Of a stretch of DNA of 64,000 nucleotides, positions 38,893-48,045 are shown one piece after another. The stretch lies in sequence record MF360958.1. One strand, given 5' to 3'. A program made the translations under genes and the position numbers. Within the stretch, counting starts at the first letter, position 1. Every line of letters begins with the position of its first letter. The notes below the pieces were generated by a model. That model did no database searches. It was not told where the DNA came from and was given only the letters and a program-made list of their open reading frames with translations.

Positions 38893-39654
38893 ATGAATTA
38901 TCTCGCATTTACTTATATAGATTTTGTAAACGTTATGATTAATAACGATTGGTATCCATTAGATGAAGATACTAAAGATGAGGTTTCTACAGCTATTATC
39001 ACACGGCTCCCTCCTATGAGTAATGATGATGAAACCTATCTATATTGTACTAAACAATATACTCGAAAGACCAGAATCAGTTGTAAACGCGAAGCCCTAA
39101 CATTGTGCCGCCCTCGTGTATATAACTATGATTATAAAGAACATTATATAAATCGAAATAAATGTGATCATGTTGCTCAGTTCGTCACATCCCAATATTA
39201 TATAAAAAATATTTTAGAACCAATTCTTGAAAATATAGAAACTCGTGTCGAAATGATGCTTGATAAAATTGTTGATACTGTTGATTGTTATCAATATTTT
39301 ACTATTAAAGGATGCATTCAAAATAATATAAATCGTGTTTTTATAGACTTTGCGGAAGCTATTAAAAAAGTTAATAATAAAGGAAAAGTACAGTTTTCTT
39401 ATAGTGATATACAACATCTCATCGAGGATAGAGATTATTTTTATTATGCCGAAAATCCATTAAGTTCAATTTTTCTTGTAATGTGTATTTCGGATCGTGA
39501 TCTGAAAGTATTAAAAATGTCGAGACAATGGGAAGTTATTTTTTCAAAAATTGTTCATGAAAAATGTATAAACAATGTCGAATCATTTTTTGACTACCGA
39601 TCTAATGAATTCCCAATTAATAGTTATCAACAACAACGAATTAAAGGAACATAA
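38893..39654 (+). CDS. Hypothetical protein (family B, divergent)
   Basis: IFLVMCISDRDLKVLKMSRQW. Confidence 0.6.
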   Translation: MNYLAFTYIDFVNVMINNDWYPLDEDTKDEVSTAIITRLPPMSNDDETYLYCTKQYTRKTRISCKREALTLCRPRVYNYDYKEHYINRNKCDHVAQFVTSQYYIKNILEPILENIETRVEMMLDKIVDTVDCYQYFTIKGCIQNNINRVFIDFAEAIKKVNNKGKVQFSYSDIQHLIEDRDYFYYAENPLSSIFLVMCISDRDLKVLKMSRQWEVIFSKIVHEKCINNVESFFDYRSNEFPINSYQQQRIKGT

Positions 39655-40301
39655 TGACGGATACGAAAGTTTTAACGTTAAATGGCAGTTACACATTGGA
39701 TAATCAAAACTTACTTTTTGATAGGGATAAAGTAAGAGATGGTTTAAAATTAACTATTGAAGACACAGAGTACTTACTTAAAAATACTATGGGTGCTCTA
39801 TCACAACTGTATTTTAATTTAGTATTTCCTGTTATTAATGATGATACAAATACTGAACTCAAATCGTATTGTGTTTCAGATGAGAATAGTTATATTTACA
39901 TGAAAAAATCTTTTGAGAATTTTTATGATGATTGGTATAATCATTTTTATAACGATTTTCTACCAGACCATGTATTAAAACGAATTAAACGAATTAAAGT
40001 AACATTCAATGAACTTCAATTAGGATTATCCATACCTAATAATCTTGTATATCAAAGTGGTATAGACTGTCTCGATGATTATATAAATCTTCAACAAATA
40101 CCTATTTCATGTTCTGCTGATGTAAAAACAAATTTTGTTATTAATAACAAAGACTTGAACCGGTTAAAACTTGATCCTTATTTTTACGAACATGTATATC
40201 AACATGTCACAGAAATTGTAGATCATAATTTGGTAGATTTAGATGCTAATTATATAAAGCATGAATTATATTACAATGAAAGGGTTCGATATAATGAATA
40301 A
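39654..40301 (+). CDS. Hypothetical protein (family B)
   Basis: KRIKRIKVTF...NFVINNKDLNRLKLDPYF. Confidence 0.65.
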   Translation: MTDTKVLTLNGSYTLDNQNLLFDRDKVRDGLKLTIEDTEYLLKNTMGALSQLYFNLVFPVINDDTNTELKSYCVSDENSYIYMKKSFENFYDDWYNHFYNDFLPDHVLKRIKRIKVTFNELQLGLSIPNNLVYQSGIDCLDDYINLQQIPISCSADVKTNFVINNKDLNRLKLDPYFYEHVYQHVTEIVDHNLVDLDANYIKHELYYNERVRYNE

Positions 40302-40914
40302 TTACACATTAACTGTCGTCAATAATCACTATTTGAGTAATATGATTCAGGACATAAGTTATGAGATAGTTAATCCTATTGAGCATAATTTTGATGAAAA
40401 AATTCAAAATGTCTTTTTCTCAGATTTTTTAAAAGATTATATGTTAGAAGAATTAAAACGTCATAATAATTCTGAATTTAGAAGTACTGTGAATTTTGTT
40501 CCTGATGATATATCTGATATGGAGCAAAAGATAGAATCAGCTATTATTGTTCCAGATAAAACATATACCAATGTTTCTTCCGAAGTCATTGAATATTATA
40601 GATCAAGAGATTTAGATGATTTATATCAAACTATTCCAGACACCATCACAAATAGATTGAATAGCATTGATGTTTATTACAGCGTACATGGTATAAGATT
40701 AAACTGTGCTTTTATAGAAAAGAATCATAATATTGATGAAATTAATTTTAATAAACCCTTTCAATTTTATTTGATGGGGGATTTTGTTGTAGAATTTAAT
40801 GTGTCTCATCATAATCTCAATTATTTAAAGAATTTCAGTAATATATTCAGCGATATCTATAACGAATGCGCTATGGATACTTCACGAGAATCCATCCTTG
40901 AAAAACTGCCCTGA
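40294..40914 (+). CDS. Hypothetical protein (family B)
   Basis: NRLNSIDVYY...VVEFNVSHHNLNYLKNF; start moved to ATG 40294. Confidence 0.65.
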   Translation: MNNYTLTVVNNHYLSNMIQDISYEIVNPIEHNFDEKIQNVFFSDFLKDYMLEELKRHNNSEFRSTVNFVPDDISDMEQKIESAIIVPDKTYTNVSSEVIEYYRSRDLDDLYQTIPDTITNRLNSIDVYYSVHGIRLNCAFIEKNHNIDEINFNKPFQFYLMGDFVVEFNVSHHNLNYLKNFSNIFSDIYNECAMDTSRESILEKLP

Positions 40915-40990
40915 ACTGTTTTAGTTCATTATTGATTTTTGAACTTAAATGGTTTATAATTGTGGTATACAATTCATAGAGAGGTTCATT

Positions 40991-41188
40991 ATGGGCAATC
41001 TTAACAGCAAAACAATCCTTTTCCTTAGTAATGTTCTGGTAGCGCTTATGGTGATCGGAACTATTATCAGTTTCATTTACGGGACAGTATTTTCAATCGC
41101 TATTATGTGCATTCTTACCACTGTGTTTAGTGTTGAGAATGTTATCATTCGACGGCTTCTGTCTGTGGGATGGGTACGATTCGATTAA
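40991..41188 (+). CDS. Small membrane protein
   Basis: Two TM-like segments; GAGG RBS. Confidence 0.65.
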   Translation: MGNLNSKTILFLSNVLVALMVIGTIISFIYGTVFSIAIMCILTTVFSVENVIIRRLLSVGWVRFD

Positions 41189-41191
41189 ATC

Positions 41192-41217
41192 AAAAAAGGC
41201 TCCATTAGGAGCCTTTT
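41192..41217. terminator. Bidirectional terminator
   Basis: A6-GGCTCC-ATTA-GGAGCC-T4. Confidence 0.8.
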
Positions 41218-41220
41218 GTT

Positions 41221-41643
41221 TTACATTTTTGAGCGAATCTTCTTTACGAAGTCGTCATCATAATCGTCTTCTGTTTCAAATTGTTCGTCATCGCGGATAG
41301 TCCATGCAATATCCCAAATAAGACGCTGTTCATATTCTTCTTTGGTAGCATTTTCACTATCTTCTGCTTCGAAATCAGGCATTGCTTCATGAATATGATT
41401 CTTAATGACATCAAAATCGAGTTGATCCAATTGATAACGAATATAAGGTTCTTTAGTAACTCGTTCAACTGCTTCATCGTTTGCGCCGGGTTGAGCAATA
41501 TCTTCAACGTCTTCTTTCTTCATAAGAAATTCGATATCGCCCATACTGTTGAAGAACCCAAGAAGGGTATCACCATCAATGGAATCAAAGTCAGTGACTT
41601 CCGCATTTTCCATAAGTTTAATAAATTTTTTCATATCTGACAT
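41221..41643 (-). CDS. Putative head-internal late protein
   Basis: MSDMKKFIKLME-NA; GATAAATA on minus (41687-41694); acidic. Confidence 0.6.
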   Translation of the reverse strand: MSDMKKFIKLMENAEVTDFDSIDGDTLLGFFNSMGDIEFLMKKEDVEDIAQPGANDEAVERVTKEPYIRYQLDQLDFDVIKNHIHEAMPDFEAEDSENATKEEYEQRLIWDIAWTIRDDEQFETEDDYDDDFVKKIRSKM

Positions 41644-41756
41644 AGCTATAATATTCCTTTCTAATTTAATAAATGATTTACAATCATATTTATCGAAAAT
41701 GTTGACAACAATGTTTATAGAGAGATATTATATACAGGTTAATATAGAGGTTAAAG

Positions 41757-42227
41757 ATGTATACGATTAAGATTAATTACACAACAGGGAATAGCTTTCA
41801 AAGCCATGATGAAGTAGATTATGTAGGCATGGCATGGGATCGCTTTGACAAAGCGCAGAGAGCACTAAAAAACATTATCGAACATTATGCTTTTGTTGAT
41901 TATTGCGAACATTATGGTCGAAGAAGACCTAAAGGATTAAGTAAAGATCAATTTGATGAACTCATTCAAAAAGAATGGTTTTATGCTGGAAAAACATTAG
42001 ATCCAGAAACAATTATTAATAACTTTGAATGGCAGAATTATTTAAACGTTGAAGATGATAAAAATTTGGTTGTTCCTATTCATATATTTTGGGTAGGGCA
42101 TTTTGAAGAACTTAACAATGCTGAAATTGTACTCACAAATACTAATGAGTACGATAGAACAGATATTATGAATAATATAAATGAAGTGCAACAACGAATG
42201 AATAAACTGGATAATCGAGGTTATTAA
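41757..42227 (+). CDS. Hypothetical protein
   Basis: TTGACA promoter at ~41702; GAGG RBS. Confidence 0.75.
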   Translation: MYTIKINYTTGNSFQSHDEVDYVGMAWDRFDKAQRALKNIIEHYAFVDYCEHYGRRRPKGLSKDQFDELIQKEWFYAGKTLDPETIINNFEWQNYLNVEDDKNLVVPIHIFWVGHFEELNNAEIVLTNTNEYDRTDIMNNINEVQQRMNKLDNRGY

Positions 42228-42228
42228 A

Positions 42229-42621
42229 ATGCAAAAACTACGCCCTAACGTCACACTCTATCTATTTGGTGTTCTTTTAGTAATCATTGCCAATGTGATG
42301 ATGGATAACATTGTTATTAATGCTGTATATTCTATTTGTATAGGTCTTTTCTTAGCAATTATTCTATTGACATTAATTGCTTTTCTTGAAGAACTTTTTA
42401 ATCTAAAACACATTCCAAAATACTATGAAGATGAAACCGATAATCATATGTTTTGGATTCTTACAAGACAAGCTATCGTTATTAGTATGATTTCTATTGG
42501 TTATTATTATAATGATCTAGGAGCGTTACATTCTGGTGTGTTCTTTGAGATCGTATGGGTACTATGTAATACGTTAGGATTCATTAAGAACCAATATTAC
42601 AAACCTCGTAAATGTTCATAA
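42229..42621 (+). CDS. Membrane protein
   Basis: Several hydrophobic helices. Confidence 0.7.
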   Translation: MQKLRPNVTLYLFGVLLVIIANVMMDNIVINAVYSICIGLFLAIILLTLIAFLEELFNLKHIPKYYEDETDNHMFWILTRQAIVISMISIGYYYNDLGALHSGVFFEIVWVLCNTLGFIKNQYYKPRKCS

Positions 42622-42641
42622 CAATTAAAAAGGTGTTAGTT

Positions 42642-43088
42642 ATGTCAAATCAAAATCTATATAATTTTCTCTTCATGTTAGATTTTCTTAATGAAGATGA
42701 AGAAAACGAAGATGGTGATTGTACATCAGATGTTTATTTAATTTTTATTTCAACAAATGAACCTGAACGTCTTATTAAATATTTCGATGGTACTGGCTCA
42801 GAAGCGGATAAGTTCTATGGAATCATTGATGATATTGAAAATGACTATGGTGTAATGGATGTAGGTTTTCTCCCCGAGTATATGGTAATGGGTTATAACA
42901 GTTATGAAATTGAACAAAATGATCGAAACGCTGTTGTAAATCAGATCAGAGATTTCCTAATTAGCGAAGGATTCAATTCTAAAAGTATGTTCGAGGGATG
43001 CTTTATTGTTGAACACGATCATGATATGCGTCTTGCAAAGCAATACTTGTCTAAAAATGATTTACAAAAATTACAATCGATTCGATAA
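42642..43088 (+). CDS. Hypothetical acidic protein
   Basis: Start moved to ATG 42642. Confidence 0.7.
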   Translation: MSNQNLYNFLFMLDFLNEDEENEDGDCTSDVYLIFISTNEPERLIKYFDGTGSEADKFYGIIDDIENDYGVMDVGFLPEYMVMGYNSYEIEQNDRNAVVNQIRDFLISEGFNSKSMFEGCFIVEHDHDMRLAKQYLSKNDLQKLQSIR

Positions 43089-43103
43089 AAAAAATAGTAG
43101 AAA

Positions 43104-43206
43104 GGGTGTTGACGAGGACATTATTTATAGATATAATGTTTACAGAATTTGAGGAAAAGCCCTCAAAGACACCTAAACTAAAATTGTACAGGAGATTGAA
43201 AATGAC
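43104..43206 (+). promoter_or_regulatory. Promoter-leader cassette, copy 1
   Basis: TTGACG-17-TATAAT, leader hairpin TTTGAGG/CCTCAAA, AGGAG RBS; near-identical to 51862-51963. Confidence 0.9.
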
Positions 43207-43483
43207 TAACGAAACTACTACTCAAACCCAAACCGCTACTCGTCGTGGTCGTCCGCTGTCCACCAAGGGCCGTAAGGCACGTAATGCAGTACTGAAAGCT
43301 CTGAACAGCGAGCAAGGTGCTCAAGGCGTCACTGCTAAGGACATTGCACGTCAAGGTAAGATGAGTGCTACAGCGGTGCGTAACCGCCTCAATGCACTGG
43401 AACGTGCTGGTGAAGTGGTTAAGGTCGGTGTACGCAACACTGATGGTCGTGGCCGTCCTCAAGCTGTCTACGTCAAAGCATAA
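43202..43483 (+). CDS. Basic winged-helix DNA-binding protein with AT-hook-like RRGRP
   Basis: VTAKDIARQGKMSATAVRNRLNALERAGEV HTH; GRGRPQAVY wing; G+C-rich codons. Confidence 0.7.
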   Translation: MTNETTTQTQTATRRGRPLSTKGRKARNAVLKALNSEQGAQGVTAKDIARQGKMSATAVRNRLNALERAGEVVKVGVRNTDGRGRPQAVYVKA

Positions 43484-43529
43484 AGGGATCTCCTTCCCCG
43501 GTTGGCGTGTGATGATGTAGACAGTCCAG

Positions 43530-43555
43530 AAAGCCCCTCGAACGAGGGGCTTTTT
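43530..43555. terminator. Bidirectional terminator
   Basis: GCCCCTC-GAAC-GAGGGGC-T5. Confidence 0.85.
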
Positions 43556-43558
43556 ATA

Positions 43559-44026
43559 TTATGTCCAAAAACCCGCATCAACTGTACCGGGATCAACAGC
43601 TATACCCCATATACGATCATTGTTGGTTTCATATTTCCATAACTCATTGCCTGTACTATCTAATTTCCGTACTGTGTTATCTCTGCTACCACTATAAACA
43701 TTACCATTTTGATCCACCGCTACTGATTCAACACTACTAGTATGTTTGCTAAAGACCCATAATTCGCTACCTGAACTATCTATTTTTCGTACTGTATTGT
43801 CATCAGAACCACTATAAACATTACCTTCGATATCTACTGCTAATGCTCTAACACTATCAGTATGATTACTAAAGGCCCATAATTCGTTACCTAAACTATC
43901 TATTTTATAGACCGAATTATTGTCATATCCTGTTGCATACACATTAGGATTCTCAATAATATTACTAGGTGCTTTTTTCACTTTAAATTGTCCCCTAAAT
44001 GGTATACCATTCATTTTTAGTCCCAT
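43559..44026 (-). CDS. Late beta-propeller-repeat protein (PQQ/WD-like blades)
   Basis: 40-aa (120-bp) repeats LWxFSxHTxSVxxxAVDxxGNVYSGSxDNTVRKxDS; AATAAATA on minus (44055-44062). Confidence 0.7.
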   Translation of the reverse strand: MGLKMNGIPFRGQFKVKKAPSNIIENPNVYATGYDNNSVYKIDSLGNELWAFSNHTDSVRALAVDIEGNVYSGSDDNTVRKIDSSGSELWVFSKHTSSVESVAVDQNGNVYSGSRDNTVRKLDSTGNELWKYETNNDRIWGIAVDPGTVDAGFWT

Positions 44027-44261
44027 TTTAAATTTTCTCCTTATTCTTTATTAATATTTATTAAGATTATCAAATATATGAATAGGTAAGTAATTATACT
44101 AAACGGGTAACTACTTATATATTTTCTTTCATTATTACCCTAAAATACCACCATATCAGTTATAAATACTGATACATTCCTAATGATTTTCTTTCATTAT
44201 TAATTAAGCGTAATTTTATTTAAAACAGTAATTCAACTGTCAACGGGGGAGGTATTATCTT

Positions 44262-44393
44262 ATGAGTATCGCAACATTAATGATCGTTATAGCAGGATGC
44301 GGATTAGCTATTGGAACAACTTGGTTAGTAAGTCCTATTATCAAAAAATCTATTGACGTTATTCAAAATACTAATGGTTCAGCGAAACAATAA
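44262..44393 (+). CDS. 43-aa membrane peptide
   Basis: Not in ORF track. MSIATLMIVIAGCGLAIGTTWLVSPIIKKSIDVIQNTNGSAKQ; GGGGGAGG RBS; TATAAATA at 44161-44168. Confidence 0.65.
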   Translation: MSIATLMIVIAGCGLAIGTTWLVSPIIKKSIDVIQNTNGSAKQ

Positions 44394-44446
44394 AACTATT
44401 GACACAATAATTAAGTATGATAAATATAATTATCGGAGGTAGTATT

Positions 44447-44686
44447 ATGTCAATAAAAAGTGTTTTCACACTTGCAAAAGATTTTTTAAATTCAATTCAA
44501 ATGCCTGATTATCAAAATCAGCAGTTTTGGGAAATAGATGATAAATGGTTTGAAAAGACTTGCAATCATCCTGAACATTTCCCACCAAGTCATATCATGA
44601 TTCCAAAAGGTATGAATCATAAACATGTGTGTCCGGGATGTGGTGAGGCAAAATATATTCGAAACAATAATGATATAACATATTAA
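44447..44686 (+). CDS. Small zinc-ribbon-like protein
   Basis: CNHPEHFPP...HVCPGCG; GGAGG RBS before ATG 44447. Confidence 0.7.
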   Translation: MSIKSVFTLAKDFLNSIQMPDYQNQQFWEIDDKWFEKTCNHPEHFPPSHIMIPKGMNHKHVCPGCGEAKYIRNNNDITY

Positions 44687-44710
44687 AAAAGCGCCTTTTG
44701 GCGCTTTTTT
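44685..44710. terminator. Bidirectional terminator
   Basis: A6-GCGCC-TTTT-GGCGC-T6. Confidence 0.85.
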
Positions 44711-46097
44711 ATTCATCGTCTTCTACGAAATCAACCTTCAATTTAAGTTTATTAAGCATGGAATTAAATTCCGTATAATTTAACAGTTGGTTCAACGGTT
44801 CTTCATTATAAACATAATCTAAATTATTTTGATAGTTGTTATTAGTCAACCATTTTTCAATCATATTCGCAATATTATCAATACTAAATGGACAAGGAAC
44901 CGAAGTATGTTTTTTAGTATTATATCCATCCCAATTTAGAAAAGGGCGAACAAAGAAATGATTGATGAATTCAAGATGTGATTCATTAATACAATTTATA
45001 TCTAATGCATTGTTTAGACATTTAAAAAAATCGTTTTCGATATAATCATTATCTATACAGAATAGATCACGATACAGTAGAATATAATTCATGGCATTAA
45101 TAATTATCTTAGGCGTAGGGTTATTCATAGTATACCTGCCAAATGAATTATACCTGTTTTTAAAATAATAAGCATGAAAGTTTGAAATCATTTGTTTAAT
45201 AAAAAGGTATTTTAATTCACCAACATTAACGTTGTTCAGCGCGGATCTATATAAATTATTACGCTTGTGTCTGAATGTTACAGGACAAAAATAATGTTCG
45301 TAAAGTTGCTTACAATATTCATTGGGTTTATATAGAAGATAAATATCTTCTGGATATTCCCCATAGCTCATCCAATTGAAAGTCGTATTTTCATTATTCA
45401 CAAGAATTAAACAGTTATTGACTATATGCCTAGCAATCGCTAAATCATTGTGATTGAAATCCTGTATGTATTTTTCATTTAGTTTAACTAAAAATTGCCT
45501 GAAGTGCTTAGCAGTAATTATTACTTTTGGAGAATAGTAGTGTGGTTCTTCATTACTGTAATTTTTATTAAACACCCGCAGTTCGTTTAACAGACTCAAC
45601 GATGTTAAGAAATCAGGTTTCATCAAATAATTGTTAAAGCAAAAAGGTAATAATTCATTATCTTCTGTGAGTTTATATTTCATTGTGGCGCTGAGCTTAT
45701 CAATACAAATTTGAACATTATCACTTACATACCAGAAACTATGATTTTTATGATTATCTTTTTCGAACTGTTTGTAGAAATCTGCATTCTTTATAACTTG
45801 TTCATTAAATTCACAACTTTTAGGAAGCTTATAGTGTGTTAATTCATTTTTTGAATTTTTAATTTGTGCTACAATAGCACTCATAATACGATCATCTGTC
45901 CAAAATTCTTGATCAAATTCTAATTCTTTAGCAATAAATCGTGCTTCACTAATCATTGCATTCATTTCACTTGAATCACAATGTGGAAGAAGAATAATGT
46001 CATAAAAAGATTGTTTCTTTACTTCATCAATAAACATTTCAAATTCAGATTCACTACATGGTTCTCCCATGTAAAAGATATGGCTTCGGTTGGTCAT
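44709..46097 (-). CDS. Hypothetical protein with C-terminal FNSMLNKLKLK helix
   Basis: 462-aa ORF, GAGG RBS. Confidence 0.7.
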   Translation of the reverse strand: MTNRSHIFYMGEPCSESEFEMFIDEVKKQSFYDIILLPHCDSSEMNAMISEARFIAKELEFDQEFWTDDRIMSAIVAQIKNSKNELTHYKLPKSCEFNEQVIKNADFYKQFEKDNHKNHSFWYVSDNVQICIDKLSATMKYKLTEDNELLPFCFNNYLMKPDFLTSLSLLNELRVFNKNYSNEEPHYYSPKVIITAKHFRQFLVKLNEKYIQDFNHNDLAIARHIVNNCLILVNNENTTFNWMSYGEYPEDIYLLYKPNEYCKQLYEHYFCPVTFRHKRNNLYRSALNNVNVGELKYLFIKQMISNFHAYYFKNRYNSFGRYTMNNPTPKIIINAMNYILLYRDLFCIDNDYIENDFFKCLNNALDINCINESHLEFINHFFVRPFLNWDGYNTKKHTSVPCPFSIDNIANMIEKWLTNNNYQNNLDYVYNEEPLNQLLNYTEFNSMLNKLKLKVDFVEDDE

Positions 46098-46217
46098 AAA
46101 TTAACCTCTTATTATAATAGGCGTATCGTATCATGTTATAAACCTGTATTCAAATAAACTTGACATAGGTTCAAAAATTGTGTCAATATATGACCAAAAT
46201 AATTATAGGAAAAAATA

Positions 46218-46757
46218 ATGACAAAAAACGTACAACGATGGATCACATCTGACCTCCATTTTTACCACAAGAATATCTTGAAACTGTCTCCTAAAACGAG
46301 AGGGCATTTTAATGATATTCATGATATGAATGAATTTTTTATTGAGCATTGGAACAACACCGTAGGCCCTGATGATATCATTTATTATCTAGGAGACTTT
46401 TGTTTTGGATCTAAAAAACGATGTAGGAAATTACTGAATCGCCTCAATGGTCGAATTTATTTTATTTTAGGAAATCATGATCTCGCACATATGAATGTTT
46501 TAAAAGAACAATGCGAATCAGTAAGTTTTTACATGACGTTTATGTATATGAATACACGCATTGTCCTTTTTCATCACCCAATTCATTATTGGCATAGTAT
46601 GGAACATGGTTCTATACATCTATTCGGTCACCTTCATGGGGAGTATCATCCTGAAGGTCGTTGTATTGATGTAGGATATGATAATCTTGGAGCTATTATT
46701 GACTTCGATTATTTGGTAGAATTTATACTCAACGAGCCTATTATCGACAGACGCTAA
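46218..46757 (+). CDS. Calcineurin-like metallophosphoesterase
   Basis: SDLHFYH, LGDF, GNHD, HHP, HLFGHLH. Confidence 0.85.
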   Translation: MTKNVQRWITSDLHFYHKNILKLSPKTRGHFNDIHDMNEFFIEHWNNTVGPDDIIYYLGDFCFGSKKRCRKLLNRLNGRIYFILGNHDLAHMNVLKEQCESVSFYMTFMYMNTRIVLFHHPIHYWHSMEHGSIHLFGHLHGEYHPEGRCIDVGYDNLGAIIDFDYLVEFILNEPIIDRR

Positions 46758-46775
46758 TTTAAAGAGTAACTAGTA

Positions 46776-47564
46776 ATGAAAAATTATACGATTAATGAAT
46801 TATTTGATGATCCTGATTTAATAGCAGAAATTGATAATCCTAGCGAGCAACAACAACTTGCTGCGGTATATGCAAATCCTAGAACTTTGTTTTTAATCAA
46901 AGATCCACCAGATAGTGTGACGTATTCAGCCGTTGATAAAGATGGATCTATTATCTCCGAAATAGAAAACCCGCCGTTTCGCTGTCAACTTTCTGCGATT
47001 CGTCAAGATCCGACATATTTTCTATTGATTGATAATCCTCATGAGCTTATTAAAGAAGAAATTGTTTCAGAACATGATCACGGGATAGGATGGATTAAAA
47101 ATCCATCTAAAAAATTAAAGTTGAAAGCAGTAGAAAAAAATCATAGAGCATTGAAGTATATTAAAGATGCGGATTATGATATACAATATTATGCAATAGC
47201 GCATAACGGCTTTGCTATTAAATACTGTGATAATCCTTCAGAAGAATTACAATTTATTGCTATTCGAGATCGTGTTGAAAGTATACATTATATTCAAAAT
47301 CCTACGTATAATGTCATTTATGAATGTGTACAAAATTATCCTGATTATCTTCACACAACGGGTCTTGGTGCATTAGTTAGACAAAAAATCGATGAAGATA
47401 TTCTTTTAGCAGCTATTGAAGCGTCATGGTATGCAGATTGCGTTTTTTATGATAAAATGATGTTTCATTTTGGTAGTAATATAACTGACCAAGACTACTT
47501 TTATAGAGAAATCAAAAAGTTAAAAGTAAAATATGGTCCTATGAATTGCACTATGAAAATTTGA
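46776..47564 (+). CDS. DUF4116-like repeat protein (family A)
   Basis: IDNPSEQQQLAAV repeats; FYREIKKLKVKYGPM. Confidence 0.7.
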   Translation: MKNYTINELFDDPDLIAEIDNPSEQQQLAAVYANPRTLFLIKDPPDSVTYSAVDKDGSIISEIENPPFRCQLSAIRQDPTYFLLIDNPHELIKEEIVSEHDHGIGWIKNPSKKLKLKAVEKNHRALKYIKDADYDIQYYAIAHNGFAIKYCDNPSEELQFIAIRDRVESIHYIQNPTYNVIYECVQNYPDYLHTTGLGALVRQKIDEDILLAAIEASWYADCVFYDKMMFHFGSNITDQDYFYREIKKLKVKYGPMNCTMKI

Positions 47565-47575
47565 GGTTAAAACTA

Positions 47576-48037
47576 ATGAAAAAATTACTTATTATTGTCC
47601 TAATAATGTTGCCCAATATTGTTTATGCTGAATTTAATCTTTCAGCAGGATCTTGGGTGGAAGATAAAAAAGAAACCTTTAATTTATCATTAGGCGCGTG
47701 GTCAAAACATGTTCTAAGCAATGATATTTCTAATGAAACTCATAATATGATAGCAGTACAAAAAAGCAGAATAATGGGTGGTTATTTTAAAAATAGTCAT
47801 GGAAATGATACGTTTTTTATTAATTATTATAGAGAATTTGAAATAACAAAAAATATAGAACCATTTGTAACATTTGGCCTGATGTATGGTTATACAGAAT
47901 GCTTTGGAGAAGATAATAGCTCAAAAGATGTTTGCCCTATGGGTGTTATTGGTGTATCATATACAAAATTTCGCATTGAGCCTACTTTATATTTATTAGG
48001 TGATGCGATTAGTTTTGGTCCACGAATTAAATTTTAG
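47576..48037 (+). CDS. Secreted outer-membrane beta-barrel, PagP-like family
   Basis: Signal peptide MKKLLIIVLIMLPNIVYA; GAWSKH...NETH...GYFKNSHG; C-terminal xIKF; start moved to ATG 47576. Confidence 0.55.
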   Translation: MKKLLIIVLIMLPNIVYAEFNLSAGSWVEDKKETFNLSLGAWSKHVLSNDISNETHNMIAVQKSRIMGGYFKNSHGNDTFFINYYREFEITKNIEPFVTFGLMYGYTECFGEDNSSKDVCPMGVIGVSYTKFRIEPTLYLLGDAISFGPRIKF

Positions 48038-48045
48038 GAGGAAAA

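Noticed and set aside
43503-43555. Hammerhead-like words (TGATGA...GAAA) in the 3' UTR of the wHTH gene
   Set aside because: The core reads GUGAUGA rather than CUGAUGA, lacks the G10.1-C11.1 pair and has no stem I; the GAAA simply precedes the terminator.
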